From positions 54,592,430 to 54,656,429 of the forward strand of contig NC_090399.1 in assembly GCF_036365525.1 (NCBI RefSeq): a stretch of 64,000 bases of DNA. Direction: 5' to 3'. A model generated the notes under the pieces. It had not been told where the DNA came from and searched no databases. It saw nothing but the letters and a program-made list of their open reading frames with translations. Below, in pieces: positions 36,200 through 48,615 of the stretch. Source of the stretch: Heterodontus francisci. Its lineage: Eukaryota. Position 1 is the first letter of the stretch. Each line of letters opens with the position of its first letter. Both the position numbers and the translations under genes were made by a program.

Positions 36200-39100
36200 A
36201 GTTATGGATCTTGTGTTTGGAATCATGTTCGAGGAAATGTATATTTGTATGGTGCATTGGAGAGATGGTCGAAGACGGTGTCTACTGTAACAATAGAAGA
36301 AATGGCTTTGCTTTGAGACAGGATTGTTTAATTTCAATTAAGACAGGCTCAGGGTCACAATAATTGATAGACTTGTAGGCCTCACGATGGAAATGTAAGT
36401 AAAGGTGTTCAGAGACTATTCATGACTGGAATGTTGATGGGGATAGCAAACATTCCCCATTGTGGGAAAATGACATAGGCCATCAAGCTATCTTCAGAGA
36501 TAATGTATGGGAGGTGCAGTCATAACTGATCAATCGAAAGCGATAAGGTGGGATGTAACCTTACATGGAATTAAGGAACCTTCGGTGGCAGCACAAATGG
36601 AAGGTTCTGAGAGACATCAGGGAGAAGTCTGCAGTCAACAGAACACCTCGAGAGAGAAGACTGCATTACAGCAGCTCAGCAAACAAGAATCGAGGATGCT
36701 CTTCACTCTGCGTTAGAGAGCAAGTTGGGGAAACAGCGAGCATTTGTGTCTGCTGTCACCCAATTGATCCAGAATATACTGATTCCTCAGAGGTAGAGTG
36801 GGGTTCATTCGGGGAGAAAGCCTCCAAGTACCACTCGGGTGAAGACTAGCGGGTCCAGGACCTCCCCACTCCACACACCCCCCCTCCCACCCCCACCGAT
36901 CTTCCTGTTAATGTGGTGATGGAGACTCATGTTTTAAATCAAGCGGGACAGCAGACTGGAACTAATTCCTGACCCCGGTCCCTGAGTCCCAGTGATTTAC
37001 AAACCTGCATCCATGAGTTAGACATTATTAAAATGGGGACTCATTGTGAATTGAGAATTTCAGAACCTGAAAGTAGATTGTACGTGAGGGAGAATGGACA
37101 GAAGGAAAAGAAATTACGATAGCCCACTGTAAAGGTGAGGACGGTGTGTGAGCAACCAGATTGGTGTGAAAAGATGTTCAACTTGAAACCTTTACTGGAG
37201 TTCATATCCAGCTCAGATCCTGTGTCGAGGGAAATTTAAAGAGAGAGTAATTCCTCTCTGTGTGATTCCCTTGTGTGTGTGCTCAGTGTTCTGTGTCACT
37301 GGAATTGTAGACTAATTAACCCTCTTTGATCTAGTCTTGTATGTTGTTTGAAGATTGTTCGTTGTTTAATCTGTGTTCTGTATACACTTGGATCAAAGTT
37401 GATTTGAAGAGAAGGATGAGTTCAGTTCTGATGAAATGAAGGAGAATGGAATATGAGTTTCTGGTGTTCTGTCTCTTTAAGAATCTGTGACTGGAAGCAC
37501 GATATAACAGGCTGCAAAAACTTTGCTGGGTGAATTTCTTTTGGGACGAAGAATGTTGAAGGTTTCCTTTTGTTGTTTGTGGAATTAACTCTTTCTTTAG
37601 ATTTCTATTTACAGGCATTCATAAAGGTACTAGAAAAAAGAAGACAAGTGATGTAATTTAATTTCCTCTTTTCCCTTTTAAATAAAAAGCACGTGCTTAT
37701 TCTGTTCTGTTTTAGTTAATCATTAGTTCTCAGTTATTAAAGTTGAAAAGACCCAGAGTGGCTGCAGTGTGTGTGAGAGGAAGCTTCCTAATTTGTGAAT
37801 AAAATACCTTTTTTCCAGTTTTTGTGTGTGTGTCATCTTCACTGTTCTGTGCAGAGAACTTAAACCTGTTTAACCTGTTTTGGTGGTCTTAAGTGGAAGT
37901 TGTTTGAAGTTGTCTGTTTAATGTGTTTCTGCATTTGTAATATTTAGTTTTTATCTCTGGGACACACAATCCTGCAATAGTAGAATTGTCACTTTGAGTT
38001 AAATATGAGAATTGTAAGCACAGTCTAAAGGGATGTGGAATTAATAAAGTAAACCTTTCTAAGTGATGAAATTGGAATTTCATTGGTTGCCACAGTGGCA
38101 TTCTAGTGACAATGAGAAAACATGTGGGAATTTTATCCTGGAGACTAATTCACACATGTAAGAGTGGGACAGTTTTAAGGTTTGATTGTGTAAATTGGAA
38201 TTTGGGATATTTGAGGTGTTTGTTCAGTCACCTGGGTTGGAATTAGTCTTGGGTTTTTAAGAAAACTAAGGAGTTTTGGAAACAATTGGGAGTTTAATTG
38301 AAAATGCTTTAACCCATTTGGGTGTGTGTACGTGACTTAATGGAACATATTTGCTCTTTTTTCAAAGAAAAGGTGGTGATCTAATGTGAGAACTTTTGCC
38401 CCGCCCCCTTTTCAAACTAGCAGTGATAGTTAACCCTTTCAGCTCGCAGCTTAGCTCACTACAAAACTTTTAGTTCATTGAAGATTTATATACAGTACAT
38501 TAGACATTATGAAATTTTAAACTGATGAATTCACAGATACAATTAGACATGTTAACCCATTGGACTCCTGACCAGAGACAAATGGATTCTTTGTGCTTTT
38601 TTTAAAAACAGAAACAAGAACAATAAGAAATCCAGAAGTTTTGAAAATCTTTCAAGACAAAGTGCTTGAAAACAAGAGATGTGAAGGTCACCTCTAAACA
38701 CCTGCAAACACTTTTATCTGATGTAAAAGCACCATTTAAAAGCACCAAGCCTGGGGATAATTATTTCTAAAATTGGAATTGATAACACAAATTGATGAGT
38801 TGTTATTCCAAGCACTCATAAGGGAAGTTTACTTGAAGTTTAAGGAGATAAACAAAATTTTACTTCAAAACAAAATGGTAATGCCTGGGACAACTACATG
38901 TCCGCCTGCCAGTATATTATTGTGAAGTAAGATGTTGTGTCAGTGGGAACTGCCGCGACAGTGAGATAATGATTAAGGGTCTGTTTGATTCTTCAGTTAA
39001 AAGCGTTCTGGGTAATGGACATTCAAGTTTCTCCAGGGCGCAAAAATGAAGTAGAATTGTAATTCATTAGAATTGGGAATAAAATCTGGTTGCTGCAAGA

Positions 39101-41587
39101 TCTAAGCAAGGAATTTTGGGGGCAAAAATTGACAGAATAAGAGCTCAAACTGTTAAATTAATGTGCATAATTTCCAGGAAGTTCAGAACTTTCGAATAAG
39201 AGTTAGGAGAGTGCAGTTATGAATTGTAAATTGATAGCTTTCTCTTGGAGATTTGTATCTTGCCTATGTTTTTTTTAAGAGAACTGAATTTGACATTCTG
39301 GCCACTGCCCAACGCATTGGGACCATGCAGGGGGAGATGAGCAAGGTCTCGAAACACTTCCCTCACCCCCTCCCCTTTTTGATCTTTTGTTAAGATCACT
39401 GGCGAGTCAGGAATGTGTGACATGATATTGGGACACTGGTGGAAATGTGATGTGTTATGGATAAAGTAACTAACATGCAGATGCATGGTGAAATGCACTG
39501 AAGAATGGGTCTCAGACATGTTCACCAACTTAACAACAGTACAACATGGAATGGTTAATGTGGTCAGTCGAGTGAAACATGTTTTAAATTATCAAGGCAT
39601 TGATTAATATTCCATAGTAACTGACTTTAAAACAATTAGAATAGAATTAAACACCCTGGAAATGGACAGAGGGAGCAAGATGAAAGTTCAGAGAGAGACA
39701 GTTGAAGGGCGAGGAATGATTCAAAAGGTGGATATGATAAAGGGAGAGCTGGAGAATCTTTCAAGTCCATGCCTGATCTGTTACTTGAAACAAAAGTACT
39801 GAGAACAGGACAATCATTCAGAATTAACAAGCTTCAGCAAAAGAATAAAGAATTGATCTTGGGAATCTTGAATTACTGCAACAGTTGTTAAGTAACAGAT
39901 AATAATGAGGAATCACATTGTTAGATAAAAAAATCCACTTAATTATATCTCCCTAGTCAATGAAACCACCTGGGTTGCCCCTGACTTGTCTGGGGGTCTC
40001 CAGTCAGAGGATGTCTTTGTTTGCCCATATGATATTGTAGAAAACTCTGCTCCAGCATGTGGATTAACCTGGAACAAAGACCCCCCACAACTGTACAATG
40101 GAAATAGTGAGTGGAGAGGAGTTCCCCAATCACTCTGTCTACCAAGGTGAGGGAAGGTATTGTGTTGTTACTACCCACACAGAGTATACATATGACAGTT
40201 TAATGTGTCAAATAAATAAGGGAGAATATTGTTTTAGTCCCTCTCTAAGGGCTCAGATAGTAAACAAGGTCCTATTCAGTATAAGGAATAATCAGCAAAT
40301 AAATATCACTGTTAAAGATGACCTCAAGGAGCAGTTATATCAATATGTTAGTAGATTTGTTTATGGCATTCCCCCTTTTCCTGAACATCTGACTGAGCTA
40401 TTGCAAAGACTCAATACATCCAACAAACACTTTTATGTCCTGCAACAATAAAATGAGGAAATTAATAAGGAAATCCCTGAGATAGGGGATGAGAGTTACT
40501 GGTGTGACATGGGGTTAAACATTGAAATACCCCCTTGGATCAGGATTATTTCCCATGTCTTTGTAATCGTTCAATAGGTGATAATTTGATTTTGGTGTGT
40601 GCGTTAAGACAAATCATGGGGATGATAAAGAAAATGAGAATTAGACAGGAGACCATGAAAGAATATGCCCCACTTAAGGGTAATGTATGAGGGATCAATG
40701 CCATCTGGTATTTTACCCTCACGGTGGGCACTGTAGGAACTAAGGGGTTAACTGCCATGTTTAATCTGTTGGATGAATCTGTGCAAGTTGTGGCCTGATA
40801 CAATTCACATGAGGTGCTATGTTTTGAAGTAGAATAATTTGAAATGATATTGTGGTTATGTTCAGGAATAGTTATACTTTGTATATGTATCAACGTATTA
40901 TATTAGAATTAAGTTCTGGACCTTGTGTTTAGAATCATGTTCTGTGAAATGTATATTTGTATGCTGTATTGGAGAGATGGTGGAAGACGGTTTAACTGGA
41001 ACAACAATAACAGAAGTGACTTTGCTATGAGACAGGATGTTTTGATAAGTACCTTACTGCATTTCAATTAAGACAGGCTCAGGGTCACAATAATTGATAG
41101 ACTTGTCGGCCTCATGATGGAAATGTAAGTAAAGGTGTTCGGAGACTATTCATGACTGGAATGTTGATGGGGATAGCAAACATTCCCCATTGTGTGACAA
41201 TGACTTAGGCCATCAAGCTATCTTCAGAGACAATGTATGAAAGGTGAGGTCAAAACTGATCAATCAAAAGGGTGCAGGTGGAATGTAACCTAATATGGAT
41301 GAAGGAACCGTCAGAGGATCAGGGTGCAGGTATGAATGAAAGGTGCTGAGAGACATCAGCACAAAAAGATTTGAGAAGAGACCATCCTGCAGTCAACAGA
41401 ACACCTCAAGAGAGAAGACTTCACCACAGCAGCTCAGGAAGCCAAACTGAGGGCACTCTGCTGTTTAACGACTGCCATTGGTTTAGAATTGCTTGCAAAT
41501 CCTTGCTGTGCTCAATGAACTCACTATCTTGATTTAAGAATACCAGAGACAGTAACTTGTGGGTTAAAAGCGAGTCAACGTCCCACA
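36200..41587 (+). mobile_element. LTR retroelement/ERV remnant with env-like ORF and no recognisable pol
   Basis: Direct repeats 36200-36705 and 40910-41455; putative 3' LTR TGTAGG (40732) ... CCCACA (41587); flanked by CR1 sequence. Confidence 0.7.
39850..40690 (+). pseudogene. Decayed envelope/fusion glycoprotein (F-protein-like) C-terminal region
   Basis: Reconstruction across one frameshift: NETTWVAPDLSG...VFVCPYD...ACG/NCTMEIV...YCVVTT...MCQ...YCFSP, heptad-like LTELLQRLNTSNKHFYVLQQ, hydrophobic WIRIISHVFVIVQ. Confidence 0.55.
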
Positions 41588-41659
41588 CAAAAATCATACA
41601 GAGGCCCCTCTAATGCTTCTGTTACCCTCCTGTAATATCAGGAAACTTTGCATCAAACA

Positions 41660-41990
41660 CAGTGGCACAGTGGTTAGCACCGCTGCCTCACAGCTCTAGT
41701 GACCCGGGTTCAATTCTGGATACTGCCTGTGGAGTTTGCAAGTTCTCCCTGTGTTTGCGTGGGTTTCCTCCGGGTGCTCCGGTTTCCTCCCACATGCCAA
41801 AGACTTGCAGGTTGATAGGTAAATTGGCCATGAGCAATTGCCCCTAGTATAGGTACGTGGTAGGGAAATATAGGGGGATGTGGTAGGAATATGGGATTAG
41901 TGTAGGATTAGTATAAACGGATGGTTGATGGTCGGCACAGACTCGGTGGGCTGAAGGGCCTGTTTCAGTGCTGCATCTGTAAACTAAACA
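41660..41990 (+). mobile_element. HE1-type SINE
   Basis: A box TGGCACAGTGG, B box GGTTCAATTC, CTAAA tail. Confidence 0.9.
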
Positions 41991-42289
41991 CAAAGTAATT
42001 GTTGGCACTGTCAGTTTTCCATTAGGTGTCATTGTCCGTGGATTTATATTCGGAATGTGTTAGTGTCTGTCTCTATCATAAAACATAAAGAGACGAGGAG
42101 AGAGAGCGAAAGTTCACTCAGCAAGCGGGAAAAAGCAAGAGCAGAGCCGGGGCATAAAGTGACCGGGAGAGACCGCGAGAGTTCACTCGGAGAGCAGGGA
42201 ACAGCGATAGTGAAGCCGCAGCATAAAAAGAGTGGGTGAGAGAGTGAGAGTTTGAAAACAATGTGACCAGTGACGTCACAGGAAAGCTG

Positions 42290-44345
42290 CCTTCTCCAGC
42301 TTCCAACCTCAGCCCTGCAACCTTGGACAGCCCGCTTCTACCTCCTTCCTAAAATCCACAAACAGGACTGTGCCGGCAGACACATTGTTTCAGCCTTTTC
42401 CTGCCCCACTGAATTTATTTCTTCCTATCTTGTCTCTATCTTTTCTCCCCTGGTCCAGTCTCTTCCCACCTTCATTCCATGACATTTCTGACACCCTATG
42501 TCATTTTGACAATTTCCAGTTTCCTGGACCCAACCGTCTCCTCTTCACTATGGACGTCCAATCTCTCTGCACCTCCATCGCCCACCGGTATGATTTGAGG
42601 GCACTCTGCTTCTTCCTTGAACAGAGGCCCAACCAGTCCCCATCCATCACCAACCTCTTCCGCCTGGCTGCACTTGTTCTCACATTGAACAACTTCTCCT
42701 TCAACTCTACTCACTCCCTTCAAGTAAAAGGTGTTGCTGTGAGTACCCACATGGGTCCTAGTTATGCCTGTCTTTTTGTGGGATATGTCGAACATTCCTT
42801 CTTCCAGTCCTACTCAGGCCCCCTCCCCCAACTCGTTTTCCGGTACATTGATGACTGTGTCGGTGCTGTTTCCTGCTCCCACCCTGAACTGGAAAACTTT
42901 ATCAACTTTGCTTCTAATTTCCACCCTTCTCACCACCTTTACATGGTCCATCTCCAACCCTTCCCTTTCCTTCCTCGACTTCTCTGTCTCCATCTCTGAG
43001 GATAGGCTGTCCAGTAATATTCATTAAAAGCCCACTGACTCCCACAGCTCCCTGGACGAGGTAAGCATTCCATTCTCCCAGTTTCTCCGTATCCGACACC
43101 TCTAATGATGCAACCTTCCACGACAGCGCTTCTGATATGTCTTCCTTTTTCCTCAACCGAGGATTCCCCCCCCACACCCCCACTGTGGTTGACAGGGCCC
43201 TAAACCATGTCCAGCCCATTTCCCGCACCTCAACCCTCACCCCTTCCCTTCCCTCCCAGAACTGTGACAGGGTTCCTCTTGTCCTCACTTTCCACCCCAT
43301 CTGCCTCCACATCCAAAGGATCATCCTCCGCCATTTCTGCCACATCCAGTGTGATGCCACTACCAAAGGCATCTTCCCCTCCTCTCTCCTGTCAGCATTC
43401 CAAAGGGATCATTCCCTCCACGACACCCTGGGCCACTCCTCCATTACCTCTGACACCTCATCCCCCTCGAACGACACCTTCCCCTGCAATCGCAGGAGGT
43501 GTAATACCTGCCCATTTATCTCCTCTCTCCTCATTATCCAAGGCCCCAAACACTCCTTTCAGGTGATGCAGTGATTTACTTGTACTTCTTTCAATGTAGT
43601 ATACTGTATTCACTGCTCACAATGTGCTCTCCTCTACATTGGGGAGACCAAACGCAGACTGGGTGACCACTTTGCAGAACACCTCTGCTCAGTCCGCAAG
43701 AAGGACCCTGAGCTTCCGGTTGCTGGCCATTTCAACACACACCCCTGCTCTCATGCTCCCATCTCTGTCCTGGGATTGCTGCAGTGTTCCAGTGAACATC
43801 AACGCAAGCTCCAGGAACAGCATCTTATTTACCGATTAGGCACACTACAGACTGCCGGACTGAACATTGAGTTCAGTAATTTCAGAGCATGACGGGCCCC
43901 CTTTTTACTTTTATTTTTCGTTATTTTGTACTTTTTTTTCTTTTTTGAGTTTATTTTAATTTAGTTTTTTCAGTTTGTTTCTACTGTGCCTACACACTTT
44001 ATTTTCATGTTTGTGCCTTTGGCTGTTCAGTTTTCAGTCAATTAACACCCTATCTGTACTAATGCTTTGTCTTTCTGCACATCATGAACATATTGTTTGC
44101 CTTTGCTGCATAACCTTCTGGTCAGCTATTCTGTGACCTTGTCCTATCAACACCTCTTTTGTTATCTCTTGCCCCACCCCCACTTTACTTGCTTAAAATC
44201 TTTCATATTTTTTATATCTGCCAGTTCTGATGAAAGGTCACTGACCTGAAATGTTAACTCTGCTTCTCTCTCCACAGATGCTGAGTATTTCCAGCATTTC
44301 TTGTTTTTATTTCAGATTTCCAGCATCTGCAGTATTTTGCTTTTA
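42290..44345 (+). mobile_element. Penelope-like element (RT, GIY-YIG, pLTR)
   Basis: FYLLPKIHK, TMDVQSL, MGPSYACLFVG, FRYIDD, CNRRRCNTC, YIGETKRRL; pLTR tail. Confidence 0.92.
44223..44259 (+). ncRNA. Minimal hammerhead motif (one CpG-type change)
   Basis: AGTT-CTGATGA-A-AGGTC-ACT-GACCT-GAAAT-GTT-AACT. Confidence 0.6.
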
Positions 44346-44571
44346 TTCTCCTTAAACCTTATTCAATGCAGGAGACTTTTCTCTCTTGGTGTTCATCTGT
44401 CTTCAATGGTTTATGAAGCTGGTGAGAGCAGACAGGCGAAAGGTGTTCTCAGTCCTGGAGAAAACAGCCTTCTGAGTTCAAAATCCCTGTTGGAAGGTCA
44501 AATTCAAAAACTCAAATAGTCATGTGACCAAACTGGTCCGACCACATCTGTTTGTGTATTCGGCCATCTTA
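44346..44571. repeat. Fragment of the LTR-like repeat seen at 30-745
   Basis: Shares GTCATGTGACxAAACTGGT...GTTTGTGTATTCGGCCATCTTAG. Confidence 0.7.
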
Positions 44572-44890
44572 GAAACATAGAGAATAGGAGCAGGAGTAGG
44601 CCATTCGGCCCTTTGGGCTTGCTCCGAAATTCAAAAAACATCATGGCTGATGGTCTAATTCAGTACCCCATTCCCACTTTCTCCCCATGTCCCTTGATCC
44701 CTTTGCCTTTAAGAGATATATCTATCTTCTTCTTGAATATATTTAATGACATGGTCTCCACTGCCTTCTGAGGTAGAGAATTCCACAGGTTCACCACCCT
44801 CTGAGTGAAGAAATTTCTCCTCCTCTCAGTTCTAAATGGCATACCTCAAAGGTGTAACCCAGACTGTGACCCCTGGTTATGGACTGCTCA
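44572..44890 (-). mobile_element. CR1 3' end
   Basis: ORF 44660..44842 FFTQRVVNLWNSLP. Confidence 0.8.
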
Positions 44891-45047
44891 GCCATTGGCT
44901 CATATTGTTTTCAAACTCTGGCGCGGCTGGACTCTCGGAAGGCAAGTGATCTATGCCGCGATCGTCGGGCTAAATTTATCGGCTCCTTGCTCCGATGTCC
45001 TTCCCACAGCTCCACTTCTGTCTGCTGCTCTGCTGGAAGGTAAGGGG

Positions 45048-45405
45048 AGCGGGGAACACTGAGTGGGGAACACTGGGCGGGGAGTTGGGAACACTGGGTG
45101 GAGAGTGGGCAACACTGAGTTGGGAACACTGAGCAGGAAGTGGGGAACGCTGAGTGGGGAGTAGGGAACACTGAGCAAGAAGTGGGGAATACTGAACAGG
45201 GAGTGGGAACACTGAGCAGGAAACACTGAGTGGGGAACACTGAGCGGGGAGTGGGGAATGCTGAGTCGGGAACACTGGGCGGGGAGTGGGGAACACTGAA
45301 TGGGGACAGGGGAACGATGAGTGGGGAGTGGGGAGTGGGGAACGCTGAGCAGGGAACACTGAGTGGGGAGTGGGGAACACTGAGTGGGGCGTGGGGAGCG
45401 GGGAG
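45048..45405. repeat. G-rich minisatellite (GGGAACACTGAGTGGGGAGT-like, about 20 bp)
   Basis: Direct inspection. Confidence 0.85.
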
Positions 45406-45444
45406 TAAATTTTGTCCATAATTTTGTATTGTCACACGTGTGTG

Positions 45445-45720
45445 TGCGACATTGTCCATAGCAACACCCTTTATTTGGAGGAGGTGTGTGGAGGTGAAGG
45501 AGAAGTTGTTCAATGTGAGAACAAATTCAGTCAGATTGAAGAGGCTGGTGGTGGATGGGGACTGGTTGGGCCTTAGTTCATGGAAGAAGTTGAGAGCCCT
45601 CAGACCGTCTTAGTGCCAGATGGAGGTGTAGAGACATTGCATGTCCATGGTGAAAATGAGACAGTTAGCTGCAGGAAACTGTAAAATGTTAAGTTGACAG
45701 AGTCACAGATGTCCATTAAA
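45445..45720 (-). mobile_element. PLE RT fragment
   Basis: NNFSFTSTHLLQIKGVAM. Confidence 0.75.
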
Positions 45721-45919
45721 GGAGACTGGACACTGGGACGATAAATAGACTTGAGTGGACAGTGAACTTTACTCAGTACCAGACCCCTGCTGGACCGCAC
45801 CCACCCCCTCAAAACTTACACCCCACTTATAATCACTTACCCCTTTTTCTTTCTGTCTCTTCTTGTGTGTATGTGTTTGTGCATGTGTGTGTGTGTGTGT
45901 GTGTGTGTGCGCGAGAGTA

Positions 45920-48400
45920 CTGGATGGGATTTTTGGAGCGAGTTTTACTCTGTACATAACATGTGCTGTACCTATACTGGGATTATTTTATGGAACAGTG
46001 TAGAGGGAGTTCTACTCTGTACCTAATCTGTGCTGTACCTATACTGGGATTATTTTATGGAACAGTGCAGAGGGAGTTCTACTCTGTACCTAATTTGTGC
46101 TGTACCTATACTGGGATTATTTTATGGGACAGTGTAGAGGGAGTTCTACTCTGTACCTAATCTGTGCTGTACCTATACCGGGATTATTTTATGGGACAGT
46201 GTAGAGGGAGCTCTACTCTGTACCTAATCTGTGCTGTACCTATACTGGGATTATTTTATGGGACAGTGTAGAGGGAGTTCTACTCTGTACCTAATCTGTG
46301 CTGTACCTATACTGGGATTATTTTATGGGACAGTGTAGAGGGAGTTCTACTCTGTACCTAATCTGTGCTGGACCTATACTGGGATTATTTTATGGGACAG
46401 TGCAGAGGAAGTTCTACTCTGTACCTAATCTGTGCTGTACCTATACTGGGATTATTTTATGGAACAGTGTAGAGGGAGTTCTACTCTGTACCTAATCTGT
46501 GCTGTACCTATACTGGGATTATTTTATGGGACAGTGCAGAGGAAGTTCTACTCTGTACCTAATCTGTGCTGTACCTATACTGGGATTATTTTATGGAACA
46601 GTGTAGAGGGAGTTCTACTCTGTACCTAATCTGTGCTGTACCTATACTGGGATTATTTTATGGGACAGTGTAGAGGGAGCTCTACTCTGTACCTAATCTG
46701 TGCTGTACCTATACTGGGATTATTTTATGGGACAGTGTAGAGGGAGCTCTACTCTGTACCTAATCTGTGCTGTACCTATACTGGGATTATTTTATGGGAC
46801 AGTGTAGAGGGAGTTCTACTCTGTACCTAATCTGTGCTGTCCCTATACTGGGATTATTTTATGGGACAGTGTAGAGGGAGTTCTACTCTGCACCTAATCT
46901 GTGCTGTACCTATACTGGGATTATTTTATGGGACAGTGTAGAGGGAGCTCTACTCTGTACCTAATCTGTGCTGTACCTATACTGGGATTATTTTATGGGA
47001 CAGTGTAGAGGGAGCTCTACTCTGTACCTAATCTGTGCTGTACATATACTGGGATTATTTTATGGGACAGTGCAGAGGGAGTTCTACTCTGTACCTAATC
47101 TGTGCTGTACCTATACTGGGATTATTTTATGGGACAGTGTAGAGGGAGTTCTACTCTGTACCTAATCTGTGCTGTCCCTATACTGGGATTATTTTATGGG
47201 ACAGTGTAGAGAGAGTTCTTCTCTGTACCTAATCTGTGCTGTACCTATACTGGGATTATTTTATGGGACAGTGTAGAGGGAGTTCTACTCTGTACCTAAT
47301 CTGTGCTGTACCTACACTGGGATTATTTTATGGGACAGTGCAGAGGGAGTTCTCCTCTGTACCTAATCTGTGCTGTACCTATACTGGAATTGTTTTATGG
47401 GACAGTGTAGAGGGAGCTCTCCTCTGTACCTAATCTGTGCTGTACCTATACTGGGATTATTTTATGGGACAGTGCAGAGGAAGTTCTACTCTGTACCTAA
47501 TCTGTGCTGTACCTATACTGGGATTATTTTATGGAACAGTGTAGAGGGAGTTCTACTCTGTACCTAATCTGTGCTGTACCTATACTGGGATTATTTTATG
47601 GGAGAGTGTAGAGGGAGCTCTACTCTGTACCTAATCTGTGCTGTACCTATACTGGGATTATTTTATGGGACAGTGCAGAGGGAGTTCTACTCTGTACCTA
47701 ATCTGTGCTGTACCTATACTGGGATTATTTTATGGGACAGTGTAGAGGGAGTTCTACTCTGTACCTAATCTGTGCTGTCCCTATACTGGGATTATTTTAT
47801 GGGACAGTGTAGAGGGAGTTCTACTCTGTACCTAATCTGTGCTGTACCTATACTGGGATTATTTTATGGGACAGTTTAGAGGGAGTTCTACGCTGTACCT
47901 AATCTGTGCTGTCCCTATACTGGGATTATTTTATGGGACAGTGTAGAGGGAGTTCTACTCTGTACCTAATCTGTGCTGTACCTACACTGGGATTATTTTA
48001 TGGGACAGTGCAGAGGGAGTTCTACTCTGTACCTAATCTGTGCTGTACCTATACTGGGATTATTTTATGGGACAGTGTAGAGGGAGCTCTACTCTGTACC
48101 TAATCTGTGCTGTACCTATACTGGGATTATTTTATGGGACAGTGCAGAGGGAGTTCTACTCTGTACCTAATCTGTGCTGTACCTATACTGGGATTATTTT
48201 ATGGGACAGTGTAGAGGGAGCTCTACTCTGTACCTAATCTGTGCTGTACCTATACTGGGATTATTTTATGGGACAGTGCAGAGGGAGCTCTACTCTGTAC
48301 CTAATCTGTGCTGTACCTATACTGGAATTGTTTTATGGAACAGTGCAGAGGGAGCCTTCCTCTAACTAAGCAGTACTGCACCTGCATTGGAAGTATTTGA
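45920..48400. repeat. 67-bp tandem satellite, about 37 copies
   Basis: Unit GGGACAGTGTAGAGGGAGTTCTACTCTGTACCTAATCTGTGCTGTACCTATACTGGGATTATTTTAT; preceded by (TG)n at about 45865-45910. Confidence 0.97.
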
Positions 48401-48615
48401 AGGCACGTTTTAGAAAACCCTTTTCTCTTTCTAACCTATGCTGTAGTTGCTCTGAGTTCAACAAAGAATCAAACAGTCACATCACAGGAAAGCTGTAAGG
48501 TGGTTGGTTGGTGAGTTACTGATGTGAAATCACAGTTTGTACACTGCTGTTAGGGTGCACCAGTTAGGAGCTGGAAATTAGAGGAAAGTAAAATAAAAAT
48601 TACTAATTTTTAAGT

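Noticed and set aside
41660-41740. tRNA gene
   Set aside because: A/B boxes belong to a SINE head that continues into SINE core and tail
44911-45513. Pro/Ser-rich ORFs
   Set aside because: Minisatellite translation fused to a PLE fragment
45920-48400. CRISPR-like array or repeated 65-aa ORFs
   Set aside because: Head-to-tail 67-bp units with no unique spacers in a vertebrate genome; the ORFs are by-products of the repeat
42269-48495. 21-bp near-repeat AGT(G/C)AC(G/A)TCACAGGAAAGCTG as TSD of a 6-kb composite insertion
   Set aside because: Similarity extends further upstream, so two CR1 5' UTR fragments are more likely
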